Source: Candidatus Hydrothermales bacterium (GTDB lineage Bacteria; Hydrothermota; Hydrothermia; Hydrothermales; JAJRUZ01). From it: DNA of 16,436 nucleotides. A model generated the notes under the pieces. That model was not told where the DNA came from and made no database searches. It saw nothing but the letters and a program-made list of their open reading frames with translations. Shown piece by piece: positions 7,590 through 16,276 of this stretch; position 1 is the first letter of the stretch, and every line of letters starts with the position of its first letter. The translations under genes were made by a program, and so were the position numbers. Location: contig JBCNUW010000029.1 in assembly GCA_039630575.1 (NCBI GenBank), positions 1-16,436 on the forward strand, given 5' to 3'.

Positions 7590-8735
7590 ATGGAAAGGGA
7601 ATTAAAAATTTATGAGCCTGAGGAGGAAATAATTCTAAATATGGGTCCCCAGCACCCTTCCACTCATGGGGTTTTAAGGATAATTCTTAAGCTCTCTGGA
7701 GAAAAGATAGTTGATGTAAAACCAGATATTGGTTATCTTCACAGAGGAGTTGAAAAGCTTGGAGAAACCTACACGTATGTTCAATTTTTACCTATGTTAG
7801 ATAGAAATGATTATCTTTCTGCTACAACTAACGAATTTGGATATGTTCTTGCAGTTGAAAAGCTTGCAGGTATTATGGTTCCTGAAAGAGCCCAATATAT
7901 AAGGGTCATATTTTCAGAACTTTCAAGGATTGCCTCACATTTAGTGTGGCTTGGAACTTTCTGCCTTGATTTAGGTGGTGCACTTGGTGGAGGAACAACA
8001 GTTTTTTTGTACTGTTTTAGAGAAAGAGAAAGAATTTTAGATATTTTTGAAAAAATGACTGGTTCGAGACTTCATCCGCATTTAATGCAAATAGGTGGGG
8101 TAAGATATGATGTTTATCCTAGTATAGATAAGGATATTAAGGAAACACTTCAAACTGTTGAGAAAAGGATAAACGAATATGAGGAGATGCTTATTAATAA
8201 TCCAGTTTTTATAGATAGAACAAAAGGTATTGGTATTTTGCCTAAGGAGGTAGCTATGGAGTACGGTTGTTCAGGACCTGTTTTAAGGGGATCAGGGGTT
8301 AAGTTTGATTTAAGAAAGGCATGTCCTTATTCATCTTATGATAAGTTTGATTTTGATGTTCCTTCTTTTGATGGAGGAGATGTTTTTGATAGATTTAGAG
8401 TAAGGATGGAAGAGATGAGACAGTCAATAAAAATAATAATGCAGGCGATTGAAGGTCTTCCTCAAGGTCCTATTTCTTCACAAATGCCTGTTAAGGTTAA
8501 AGTAGCCATTAAACCTAAGCCTGGAGAGGTATATGTGGCTGTGGAGTCTCCAAGAGGTGAACTCGGTTATTATATATATTCAGATGGAAAGCCCTTTGCT
8601 TACCGTGTGAAGATAAGGGCTCCTTCCTTTTCTAATCTTTCTGTTTTACCTTTTTTGCTTAAAGGACATCTTGTAGCAGATGTTGTTGCAATTTTAGGTT
8701 CAATTGATCCCGTTTTTGGTGATGTTGATAGATAG
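7590..8735 (+). CDS. nuoD: NADH-quinone oxidoreductase-like subunit D
   Basis: NMGPQHPSTHGVLR, GYLHRGVEK, DRNDY, ELSRIASHL, ESPRGELG and GSIDPVFGDVDR. No NiFe CxxC motifs. Confidence 0.97.
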   Translation: MERELKIYEPEEEIILNMGPQHPSTHGVLRIILKLSGEKIVDVKPDIGYLHRGVEKLGETYTYVQFLPMLDRNDYLSATTNEFGYVLAVEKLAGIMVPERAQYIRVIFSELSRIASHLVWLGTFCLDLGGALGGGTTVFLYCFRERERILDIFEKMTGSRLHPHLMQIGGVRYDVYPSIDKDIKETLQTVEKRINEYEEMLINNPVFIDRTKGIGILPKEVAMEYGCSGPVLRGSGVKFDLRKACPYSSYDKFDFDVPSFDGGDVFDRFRVRMEEMRQSIKIIMQAIEGLPQGPISSQMPVKVKVAIKPKPGEVYVAVESPRGELGYYIYSDGKPFAYRVKIRAPSFSNLSVLPFLLKGHLVADVVAILGSIDPVFGDVDR

Positions 8736-8744
8736 GAGAAAAAA

Positions 8745-9716
8745 ATGGTTGGAATAATTTTTTTAACAATTATTTATATTTTCGTTGCACTTTTTATAGT
8801 TCTCTACATTACTTGGATTGAAAGGAAATTTGCAGCGAAGTTGCACAACAGAGTGGGTCCTTATTATGTTGGAAGACCTCATGGTTTTTTACAGCCCTTT
8901 GCTGATGTTTTAAAACTTCTTCTAAAGGAGGACATAATTCCGGAGCAGGCAGACAGAAAAATTTTTAATATTGCGCCAATTATTGTATTCATAGGTGCCC
9001 TTCTTACTTTTCCAGTTTTGCCAGTTGCAAAGAATATATACATTTCAGATCTCTCAGTAGGTTTAATTTACTTCTTTGCTGTTTCTTCCTTAATAGTTTT
9101 TGGAGTATTTCTTGCTGGATGGGCAAGTAATTCAAAGTATGCTCTTCTTTCGGCCTTTAGAGCAGGTGCACAAGTTGTTTCTTATGAAATTCCTCTTATT
9201 CTTTCAGCTCTTGTTCCTGTAGTTCTTGCAGGATCTTTAAGAACGAATGATATCATTCAGGCTCAAAAGGTGCCCTTTGCACTTTATCCTATATTTGGGT
9301 GGGTTTCTTTTATTATTTTTGTTATAGCTGGTCTTGCAGAAGAAAACAAAGTTCCCTTTGATGTTCCTGAGGCTGAAAGTGAACTTGTAGCAGCCTATAA
9401 TGTAGAGTATTCAGGAATTAAATTTGCTCTTTTCTATGCAGCAGAGTATGTTCACATACTTGCTCTCTCAGTCTTAGGTTCAATTTTATTTTTGGGAGGG
9501 TATAGAGGTTTTTATCCTCACTTTGGTCCAGAGTGGTTATATCAAATTTTTTGGCTTCTTTTTAAAACTTTCATTATGCTTACTCTTTTTCTTTTAATAA
9601 GGTGGTCTTTTGTAAGAATAAGGATAGACAGATTAATAAATTTTTCATGGAAATATCTTTTTCCAATTTCACTTTTTAATCTTTTTTTAGCATCTTTATG
9701 GAAACTTTTTTTCTAA
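8745..9716 (+). CDS. nuoH: NADH-quinone oxidoreductase-like subunit H
   Basis: ERKFAA...RVGP, GFLQPFADVLKLLLKE, GWASNSKYALL, SYEIP and PFDVPEAESELV...EYSG. Confidence 0.97.
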   Translation: MVGIIFLTIIYIFVALFIVLYITWIERKFAAKLHNRVGPYYVGRPHGFLQPFADVLKLLLKEDIIPEQADRKIFNIAPIIVFIGALLTFPVLPVAKNIYISDLSVGLIYFFAVSSLIVFGVFLAGWASNSKYALLSAFRAGAQVVSYEIPLILSALVPVVLAGSLRTNDIIQAQKVPFALYPIFGWVSFIIFVIAGLAEENKVPFDVPEAESELVAAYNVEYSGIKFALFYAAEYVHILALSVLGSILFLGGYRGFYPHFGPEWLYQIFWLLFKTFIMLTLFLLIRWSFVRIRIDRLINFSWKYLFPISLFNLFLASLWKLFF

Positions 9717-9728
9717 AAGGAGTTTAAA

Positions 9729-10229
9729 ATGAGTCAAATTTTAAATGTTCTAAAAGTTTTGAAGGTTGCAACAAAAAATTTTTTTAGAGAAACTTTTACA
9801 ATTATGTATCCTGATAAGAAAAGAGAAATTCCAGAAAGGTTTAGAGGTCCACTTTTTGGTTTACCTACTGATAATAATGGTGATCTAAAGTGTATTGCCT
9901 GTAAGTTGTGCGAGCAAATATGTCCCTCAGAGATAATTAATGTGACTCCTGCTGAGGGTAAAAATAAGTCAGGAAGGACTTATCCAGAAAAGTTTACCAT
10001 AGAGCTTCAGGCTTGTCTTGCTTGTGAGCTTTGTGTTCAAGTTTGTCCGACTGATGCGATAGTTATGCTTAAAGTTCCAGGATGGGCAGCCTTATCTCGT
10101 GACGAGTTGCTTTTAACTCTTGAGAAGATGGTTGAATATGGTAAAAAGTACGAAAGTTCAATTATAGCAGGTAATATTCTCAGGAACATGCAAACTCCCC
10201 CAAGAAGAGAGAAAGTTGCAGCAACTTAA
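9729..10229 (+). CDS. nuoI: NADH-quinone oxidoreductase-like subunit I (2x[4Fe-4S])
   Basis: TIMYP...RFRG, CIACKLCEQICP and CLACELCVQVCPTDAI. Confidence 0.96.
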   Translation: MSQILNVLKVLKVATKNFFRETFTIMYPDKKREIPERFRGPLFGLPTDNNGDLKCIACKLCEQICPSEIINVTPAEGKNKSGRTYPEKFTIELQACLACELCVQVCPTDAIVMLKVPGWAALSRDELLLTLEKMVEYGKKYESSIIAGNILRNMQTPPRREKVAAT

Positions 10230-10243
10230 AAAGGAGTTAAAAG

Positions 10244-10720
10244 ATGAAATTAATTTTCTTTTTAATATTTCTTTTAACAGGTTTATCTGGTTTAATGACT
10301 GTTTTAACAAAGGATTTATTTAGAAGTGCCTTGTATCTTGGTCTCACACTTTTTGGAACAGGTTTACTTTACCTTTTTATGGGTTATGATTTTGTTGGGT
10401 GGACACAAATTTTGGTTTATGTTGGAGGTGTTGTTCTTTTGATGATATTTACAATAATGCTTGCAAGGGAGTCTATAATGAGACCTCTTGAAAATACAGT
10501 TAGAAATCCTTTTACAAGTGGTCTTTTTGCAATACTAATTTTCCTTCTTTTACTTTTAGTTGGAAAAACATTTTATTTTTCACCTATTGGTCTTGAAAAG
10601 GATATAACATTTCTTTCAAATTTAATTTTTCAGAGCAAATATGTAATACCTTTTGAAATTTTATCAATTTTACTCTTGGTTGCCTTCATGGGAGCGATAA
10701 TATTATCAAAAAGAGATTAG
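10244..10720 (+). CDS. nuoJ: NADH-quinone oxidoreductase-like subunit J
   Basis: SALYL, QILVYVGGVVLLMIFTIML and YVIPFEILSILLLVAFMGAI. Confidence 0.95.
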   Translation: MKLIFFLIFLLTGLSGLMTVLTKDLFRSALYLGLTLFGTGLLYLFMGYDFVGWTQILVYVGGVVLLMIFTIMLARESIMRPLENTVRNPFTSGLFAILIFLLLLLVGKTFYFSPIGLEKDITFLSNLIFQSKYVIPFEILSILLLVAFMGAIILSKRD

Positions 10721-10729
10721 GAGGTAAAA

Positions 10730-11029
10730 ATGGATCTTAAAGCTCTTTTTTACTTATCAATTTTTCTTTTTTCTTTGGGACTTTATGGAGTTTTATCAAG
10801 GAGGAATGCTCTTGGAATCTTAATTTCCCTTGAATTGATATTTAACAGTGCGAATCTCAATTTTGGTCTTTTTTCCTTTGCTTGGGGTGATCCTTCTGGC
10901 GTTTTGACAATAATCTTTGGTATATCAATTACAGCTTTAGAAATTGTTGTTGGTTTTTCAATTATAATACTTCTTTTTAGATTAAGAAGAACATCAAATG
11001 CTGATGAGATTGAAATCTTAAAGGGATAA
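10730..11029 (+). CDS. nuoK: NADH-quinone oxidoreductase-like subunit K
   Basis: LFSLGLYGVLSRRN, LISLELIFNSANLN, ALEIVVG and C-terminal LKG. Confidence 0.95.
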   Translation: MDLKALFYLSIFLFSLGLYGVLSRRNALGILISLELIFNSANLNFGLFSFAWGDPSGVLTIIFGISITALEIVVGFSIIILLFRLRRTSNADEIEILKG

Positions 11030-11039
11030 GGGGGGTGAA

Positions 11040-12917
11040 ATGGATTTAGGAACTTTATCTTTTATTTCATGGTGGGCACCATTTTTATCCTTTCTGATAA
11101 TAGGTTTTTTTACAAGAAAAAAAGGTAGGTTTTCGGCTTATCTTTCCATAGGTGCCATTTTTCTTTCTCTTATTTTAAGTATTTTGATTATTTTGAACAT
11201 AGAAGAGCTGAAAACTCCTATATCTAAGGAGATTGTATGGCTTCCTGCTGGTGTAAGCAGAGGTGTTGCTGGAGCTAATTCAATATATTTTGGTTTTTAT
11301 TTAGATAGGCTTTCTGCAATTATGTTATTTGTTGTTGCTCTGGTAGCATTTGCAGTTCAGGTTTATTCTATTGGGTATATGTCAGAAGAGAGTTCTCCTT
11401 CTCTTGGAAGGTACTATGCTTATCATTCTCTGTTTGCCTTTTCAATGATAGGTTTAACTCTTTCAAAGAATATTTTGCAAATATTTGTTTTTTGGGAACT
11501 TGTAGGACTTTGCTCTTATCTACTTATAGGCTTTTATTACTATAAACCTGAGGCAGCAAGAGCTGCACTTAAGGCATTTTGGATAACTAAGTTAGGTGAT
11601 GTTGGTTTTATTATTGGTATTTTGATCTTATATTTTAAATTTGGTGTGATTGATATTCATGAATTAATTAATAAGCCCTATATTTTAAAGGAGGATTTTA
11701 ATCTTGGTTCACTTGTTTTAATACTTATTTTTTGTGGTGCTGTAGGTAAGTCTGCGCAGTTTCCTTTACACATATGGCTTCCTGACGCGATGGAGGGTCC
11801 TACACCAGTATCTGCTCTTATTCATGCTGCCACAATGGTTGCTGCTGGAGTTTATCTTGTTTCAAGGTTATTTCCTGTTTTTGAACTATTTGAAAATGTA
11901 ATGTGGATTATTGCTATTATTGGATCTTTTACAGCTTTTTTATCAGCAACTATGGCATTAGTTCAGGAGGATATAAAGAGAATTTTAGCATATTCAACGA
12001 TATCACAGCTTGGTTATATGATGGCAGCTTTAGGTGTAGGCTCGATTGTTGCGGGATTCTTTCATCTTTTTACCCATGCTTACTTTAAAGCTCTTTTATT
12101 TCTTGGAGCTGGAGCAGCTATTCATGCTGTCCATTCAAATTCTATTTGGCATATGGGTGGAATCTTCAGAAAAGCTCCCATAACATCTTTAACCTTCGGT
12201 ATTGGAACACTTGCTCTATGTGGTATTCCTCCTTTTTCAGGATTTTATTCCAAGGAAGAAATTATAATAAAAACTTATTATTATGATAACAAGTTACCTT
12301 TTCTTTTTCTTATAGTAACTGTATTTTTAACAGCCTTTTATATGGGTAGAGCTTATACAGTTGCCTTTTTAACAAAACCTAGAACAAAGGAAGCTCAAGA
12401 TGCACATGATCCTGATTTTTCAATGAGTTTTTCTCTTATATTACTTGCAATTTTTTCAATTTTTGCTGGATTTTATCATGAAAAGATATCCCATTTGCTT
12501 AGTTATCTTCAAGGATCAGAATTTCATCATAGTAAAGTTTCAACTTTACCAAAGATTTTATCGCTTCTTTTAGCCTTTTTAGGTTTATTCTTTTCTTATT
12601 ATCTTTATTCAGCCAAACCTTTAGTTCTCACAAATTTAAAATTAAGATTTTCTTATATTTACACTGTTTTACAGAGAAGATATTACATTGATGATATTTT
12701 TGAATGGATTTATAGAAAAATTGTTGTTTTACTTTCAGTTTTAGCTTCTTGGTGGGATAGGCACATTGTGGATGGTATAGTGAATTGGGTAGTTTATAAT
12801 ACAGGAAGGATAGGAAGATCATTAAGAGTAATTCAGACTGGGATAGTTCAAGATTATGCCTTTTACATTGTTATTGGTGCAACTTTTATGTTAATTTTAA
12901 TATTAAGAGGTTTTTGA
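11040..12917 (+). CDS. nuoL: NADH-quinone oxidoreductase-like subunit L (antiporter-like)
   Basis: FWELVGLCSYLLIGF, GKSAQFPLHIWLPDAMEGPTPVSALIHAATMVAAG, AYSTISQLGYM and HAYFKALLFL. C-terminal lateral helix YYIDD...DGIVN...IQTG. Confidence 0.97.
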   Translation: MDLGTLSFISWWAPFLSFLIIGFFTRKKGRFSAYLSIGAIFLSLILSILIILNIEELKTPISKEIVWLPAGVSRGVAGANSIYFGFYLDRLSAIMLFVVALVAFAVQVYSIGYMSEESSPSLGRYYAYHSLFAFSMIGLTLSKNILQIFVFWELVGLCSYLLIGFYYYKPEAARAALKAFWITKLGDVGFIIGILILYFKFGVIDIHELINKPYILKEDFNLGSLVLILIFCGAVGKSAQFPLHIWLPDAMEGPTPVSALIHAATMVAAGVYLVSRLFPVFELFENVMWIIAIIGSFTAFLSATMALVQEDIKRILAYSTISQLGYMMAALGVGSIVAGFFHLFTHAYFKALLFLGAGAAIHAVHSNSIWHMGGIFRKAPITSLTFGIGTLALCGIPPFSGFYSKEEIIIKTYYYDNKLPFLFLIVTVFLTAFYMGRAYTVAFLTKPRTKEAQDAHDPDFSMSFSLILLAIFSIFAGFYHEKISHLLSYLQGSEFHHSKVSTLPKILSLLLAFLGLFFSYYLYSAKPLVLTNLKLRFSYIYTVLQRRYYIDDIFEWIYRKIVVLLSVLASWWDRHIVDGIVNWVVYNTGRIGRSLRVIQTGIVQDYAFYIVIGATFMLILILRGF

Positions 12918-12929
12918 TAGTATTTAAAT

Positions 12930-13742
12930 TTGGAGATTTTTTCTGAATTTTTTGGAAGAAAAATTGAGCTACCAGAAAATCCAAAGAGGGTTGTTTCTCT
13001 TGCTCCAGATTTAACGGAGACGATATTTAGATTGAATGCTCAAGATAGGCTTGTAGGTATAAGTTTTTATTGTAGAAGACCTTTTGGAAGATTGGAAAAT
13101 TTTGTGAGAGTTGGTTCTTATTTGAATGTTTTGTGGGAAAGACTACATGAGCTTAAACCTGATCTTGTGTTAACGACTTCTGGTGCTCAAAGAGAAATTT
13201 CATATAAAATTTTAGAAAAAGGCTATAAAATATTTGTGTTTTCTTGTCCCCAAACAATTTATGGAATTTTTGATAACATAAAAAAATTAGGTATAGTTTT
13301 GAATAAAATTAATGAGAGTGAGATTTTAATTGAAAATTTAGAAAAAATTATAAGAGATTTGAAAAAAGATAAATTAAATATGAGAGTTTATTATGAGATT
13401 TATTTAGGAGGAAAAATTACGATAGGAGCATCAAGTTACATAAATGATGGTTTAAGAATACTTGGACTTGAGAATGTATATTCTTTTAGAAAAGATAGTT
13501 ATTTTGTACCTGATGATAATGAGACAAGAAAATTAGGGTTTGATATTTTACTTTATGAACCTCATAACGAAAAAATAGATAAGGAATTTTTAATCAAAAA
13601 ATTAGAAGATAGGTTTGGAAAAGTTAGAATTTTAATTTTACCTTATGATTTTCTTTCTCATTATGGTCCATCTTTTTTTGATGAGATTCTTGTAAAGTTA
13701 AGGAAATTTATTACAAAATATATAGAATATGGAAAAAGTTGA
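12930..13742 (+). CDS. BtuF-like (helical-backbone metal receptor) substrate-binding protein with no evident signal peptide
   Basis: PKRVVSLAPDLTETIF..L...DRLVGISFYC, ELKPDLVL, TIGASSYIND and GP near the C-terminus. TTG start just after the nuoL stop. Confidence 0.85.
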   Translation: MEIFSEFFGRKIELPENPKRVVSLAPDLTETIFRLNAQDRLVGISFYCRRPFGRLENFVRVGSYLNVLWERLHELKPDLVLTTSGAQREISYKILEKGYKIFVFSCPQTIYGIFDNIKKLGIVLNKINESEILIENLEKIIRDLKKDKLNMRVYYEIYLGGKITIGASSYINDGLRILGLENVYSFRKDSYFVPDDNETRKLGFDILLYEPHNEKIDKEFLIKKLEDRFGKVRILILPYDFLSHYGPSFFDEILVKLRKFITKYIEYGKS

Positions 13743-13932
13743 AATTAATATAGAGGGGATGGTTTGCCATGGTTGTGCAAAGACTATCTATAAGGTTCTT
13801 GAGAAATTAGGAGCAAAAGATATAACTTTAGACTTTGAAAATAAAAAAGCCGTTTTTTTAATAGATAATAGGGAGTTACTTTTAAAGATTAAAGTTGAGG
13901 TAGAGGCTTTGGGATATAGGGTGTCATTTTAA
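13729..13932 (+). CDS. Heavy-metal-associated (HMA) domain protein, CopZ/MerP-like chaperone
   Basis: 67 aa with IEGMVCHGC and C-terminal ALGY; overlaps the upstream gene by 14 nt. Confidence 0.9.
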   Translation: MEKVEINIEGMVCHGCAKTIYKVLEKLGAKDITLDFENKKAVFLIDNRELLLKIKVEVEALGYRVSF

Positions 13933-13935
13933 AAT

Positions 13936-14757
13936 TCATATAACTGAGCCTGCAAGAGTTATCCATGTTCTTAGTACAAAATAGGCTTCTATAATGTCTT
14001 CTGCTTTATAGTAAAGGGTTCGGGGCGAAGTTCTTATTGTTTTTGGCATTATCTCTCCGATATCGGCCATAGCAGTGTTTATAAAGTCCACTTCAATCTC
14101 TATACTTCCCGTTAATTTTAAAGGTAAAATTTCTTTGTTTTTGAATTTTTTTATAGCTATGGGAATTTTATTTCTTATTTCCCTTTCAATACTTTTAAAA
14201 GAAAAAGTTTTAGCGGAAAAACGACTCCTTCTTTGTTTAGTTAAGACATATTCTATGTTTTCTACTAATGATTTTGCTTCCTTTATAGTTTCGTCATCTC
14301 CGCTTACAAAAATTATTGGAACATCAAAGTTTCCTGCTACAAGAGTATTTATCCCGAACTCACCGTAGGGGATTTTATTTATTCTGATCTCATATATAGC
14401 TCTTCCAAAGTAGGTGTGATCTAAAACACCTAGACTTCCTGCCTTAGAATGATAACCTAAAAAAATTCCTGCGTCACATTCATTTATACCTTCTACCATC
14501 GAAAACTTTTTCAGGTTTCCTGTTATGATTTCCACATCTTCTGGAATTTCATCCAAAATTATATTTGTCATTTCGCCATGAGAGTCATTTACTAAGATTT
14601 TTTGGACTCCTGTTTCTTTTAGGGATTCTATTACAGTATTTAAGTGATTGGTCATCCATTTTCTTGCCTTTTCATAATCTTTTCCATCCTTTTTTACATG
14701 ATCCTGAGATACGATACCTGGAATACCTTCCAAATCAATAGATATATAGATTTTCAT
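13936..14757 (-). CDS. dppA: M55 family D-aminopeptidase (DppA-like)
   Basis: KIYISIDLEG (Zn ligands D, E), VNDSHG, GYHSKAG, DHT, GE and FVSGD. Confidence 0.93.
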   Translation of the reverse strand: MKIYISIDLEGIPGIVSQDHVKKDGKDYEKARKWMTNHLNTVIESLKETGVQKILVNDSHGEMTNIILDEIPEDVEIITGNLKKFSMVEGINECDAGIFLGYHSKAGSLGVLDHTYFGRAIYEIRINKIPYGEFGINTLVAGNFDVPIIFVSGDDETIKEAKSLVENIEYVLTKQRRSRFSAKTFSFKSIEREIRNKIPIAIKKFKNKEILPLKLTGSIEIEVDFINTAMADIGEIMPKTIRTSPRTLYYKAEDIIEAYFVLRTWITLAGSVI

Positions 14758-14769
14758 TTTTTAAAAAGA

Positions 14770-14852
14770 TGCGAGGGGCGGGAGTCGAACCCGCACGGGT
14801 TTTACCCATCAGATCCTAAATCTGACGCGTCTGCCTATTCCGCCACCCTCGC
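14770..14852 (-). tRNA. tRNA-Leu, anticodon TAG; CCA not encoded
   Basis: Acceptor GCGAGGG/CCCTCGC plus discriminator A; D-arm GGCGGAATAGGCAGACGC; anticodon arm TCAGA-TTTAGGA-TCTGA; long variable arm GGGT-AAA-ACCC; T-arm GCGGG-TTCGACT-CCCGC. Confidence 0.97.
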
Positions 14853-14853
14853 G

Positions 14854-16212
14854 TCATTCTGATAAAAGAGATTTGACTTCCTCCATATCAAGAAAGATCT
14901 CTATTAGTTTAGGATCAAATTGGCTTCCTGCATTTTTCTTTAATTCACTTATTATAACATCACTTTTTAATCTTTTTCTATAAGGCCTATCTGAATTCAT
15001 TGCATCAAAAGAATCTGTTATTGAAATTATTCTTGCAATAATAGGAATCTCTTCCTCTTTTAAACCTAATGGATAGCCTTTTCCGTCCCATCTTTCGTGA
15101 TGATGCAATACCGCAGGAATTACATTTTTCATCCCTGGAATGGGTTCAAGAATTTTTGCTCCGTGAAAAACATGAGTCTTTATTATTTCATACTCTTCTT
15201 CTGTAAGTCTATCAGGTTTTTTTAATATACTATCAGGAATTGCTATTTTGCCGATGTCATGTAAAATTGCAGATAGTTCACAGGCTTTAAGCTCTTCTCC
15301 TTTTAGACCAGCTTTTTTTCCTAGGTTAACAGAAAGTTCTGTTACTCTGTTCACATGACCTGAAGTGTATGGATCTTTTGCTTCTACTGAATTTGCGAGA
15401 GCAGTTATAGTTCCTATAAATAAATTCTCAAGATCTTTATATAAAAGTGCATTCTGTAAGGCAATAGCAGCGTTGGAAGATATAAGAGAAATAAGTTCAA
15501 GATCATCTTTTTTGAATTCTCCATCAACTTTATTTATTGCCTCAATAACACCAATTAGTTTTTTCTGTACAATTAAAGGAAAGGCTAAAAGATTTTTTGT
15601 TTTGAATCCAGTTTTTTTATCGACCTCTTTATAAAATCTTTCGTCTTTTGAAACATCATTAACAATGACAGGTATTTTATTTTTTGCAACATATCCTACA
15701 ATTCCTTTACCCCATTCTATCTCTATACTTTTTAGCTCCTTTTCTCCTTTTGTAAATTCAAAAAAGGAGATTTTTTTGTTTTCCTTATCTACCTTAAATA
15801 TTGAGACAACTTCGACCTTTAAAATTTCTTTTATTTCCCTAATAATTTTTTTAATAACTTTTTCAATACTTTTGACCTCAGTATAAAATTTTCCTGTTTT
15901 AATTAAAAAATCTAATTTGTTTTTTAGATCTTCTTTTTGTTTTAAATAATTTTCTAATACAAGTTTTTGAAAATATTGATTTATATTTTTTTCTTTTGTT
16001 TTTGTTTTGGTTTTTTCCTTTAGGATAAACAGTTTAGCGTCTATATGTTTAAGATTTAGTTTTTCAACAGTGAAACTTTTGTTGTTGATTTCTAATACTT
16101 TTACATTTTTTTTCTTTAGTAAATTTGAGATGTTTTCGTTTATTTCAAGATCTGTAATAATTTCATTATTTTTTAAAACTAATATTCCTTTTAGGGATTT
16201 CATAAATTTCAT
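14854..16212 (-). CDS. GAF + HD-GYP cyclic-dinucleotide phosphodiesterase
   Basis: GAF motifs GKGIVGYVA, VNDVSKDERFY..VDKKTGFKTKNLLAFPL and IGVIEAINK. HD-GYP motifs EAKDPYTSGH, LHDIGK, HHHERWDGKGYP, DSFDAM and RPYRK. The start could be 16212 or 16203. Confidence 0.94.
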   Translation of the reverse strand: MKFMKSLKGILVLKNNEIITDLEINENISNLLKKKNVKVLEINNKSFTVEKLNLKHIDAKLFILKEKTKTKTKEKNINQYFQKLVLENYLKQKEDLKNKLDFLIKTGKFYTEVKSIEKVIKKIIREIKEILKVEVVSIFKVDKENKKISFFEFTKGEKELKSIEIEWGKGIVGYVAKNKIPVIVNDVSKDERFYKEVDKKTGFKTKNLLAFPLIVQKKLIGVIEAINKVDGEFKKDDLELISLISSNAAIALQNALLYKDLENLFIGTITALANSVEAKDPYTSGHVNRVTELSVNLGKKAGLKGEELKACELSAILHDIGKIAIPDSILKKPDRLTEEEYEIIKTHVFHGAKILEPIPGMKNVIPAVLHHHERWDGKGYPLGLKEEEIPIIARIISITDSFDAMNSDRPYRKRLKSDVIISELKKNAGSQFDPKLIEIFLDMEEVKSLLSE

Positions 16213-16276
16213 ATAATAAGGGAAAGGTATAGGAAAATTAAAAGGGATTTAAAAGTGAGTAAGTATGAGATATTTA

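Noticed and set aside
6598..8735. Group 4 [NiFe] hydrogenase or MBS/MBX sulfane reductase interpretation of the nuo-like cluster
   Set aside because: The large subunit has DRNDY and DPVFGDVDR instead of the RxCxxC and DPCxxC motifs, and NuoB has the tandem CC typical of complex I.
15985..16020. Short AAAAC(A/C) tandem repeats encoding KTKTKT in the HD-GYP N-terminus as a phase-variable tract
   Set aside because: Only about three imperfect in-frame 6-mers in low-complexity sequence; slippage would not shift the frame.
5639..16216. Other short ORFs (5639-, 11903+, 12628-, 14075+, 14644+, 15365+, 15665+, 16007+)
   Set aside because: They overlap real CDSs in antisense or alternative frames. 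14644..14862 is the antisense read of dppA and the tRNA (EGRESNPHG is a typical tRNA shadow).
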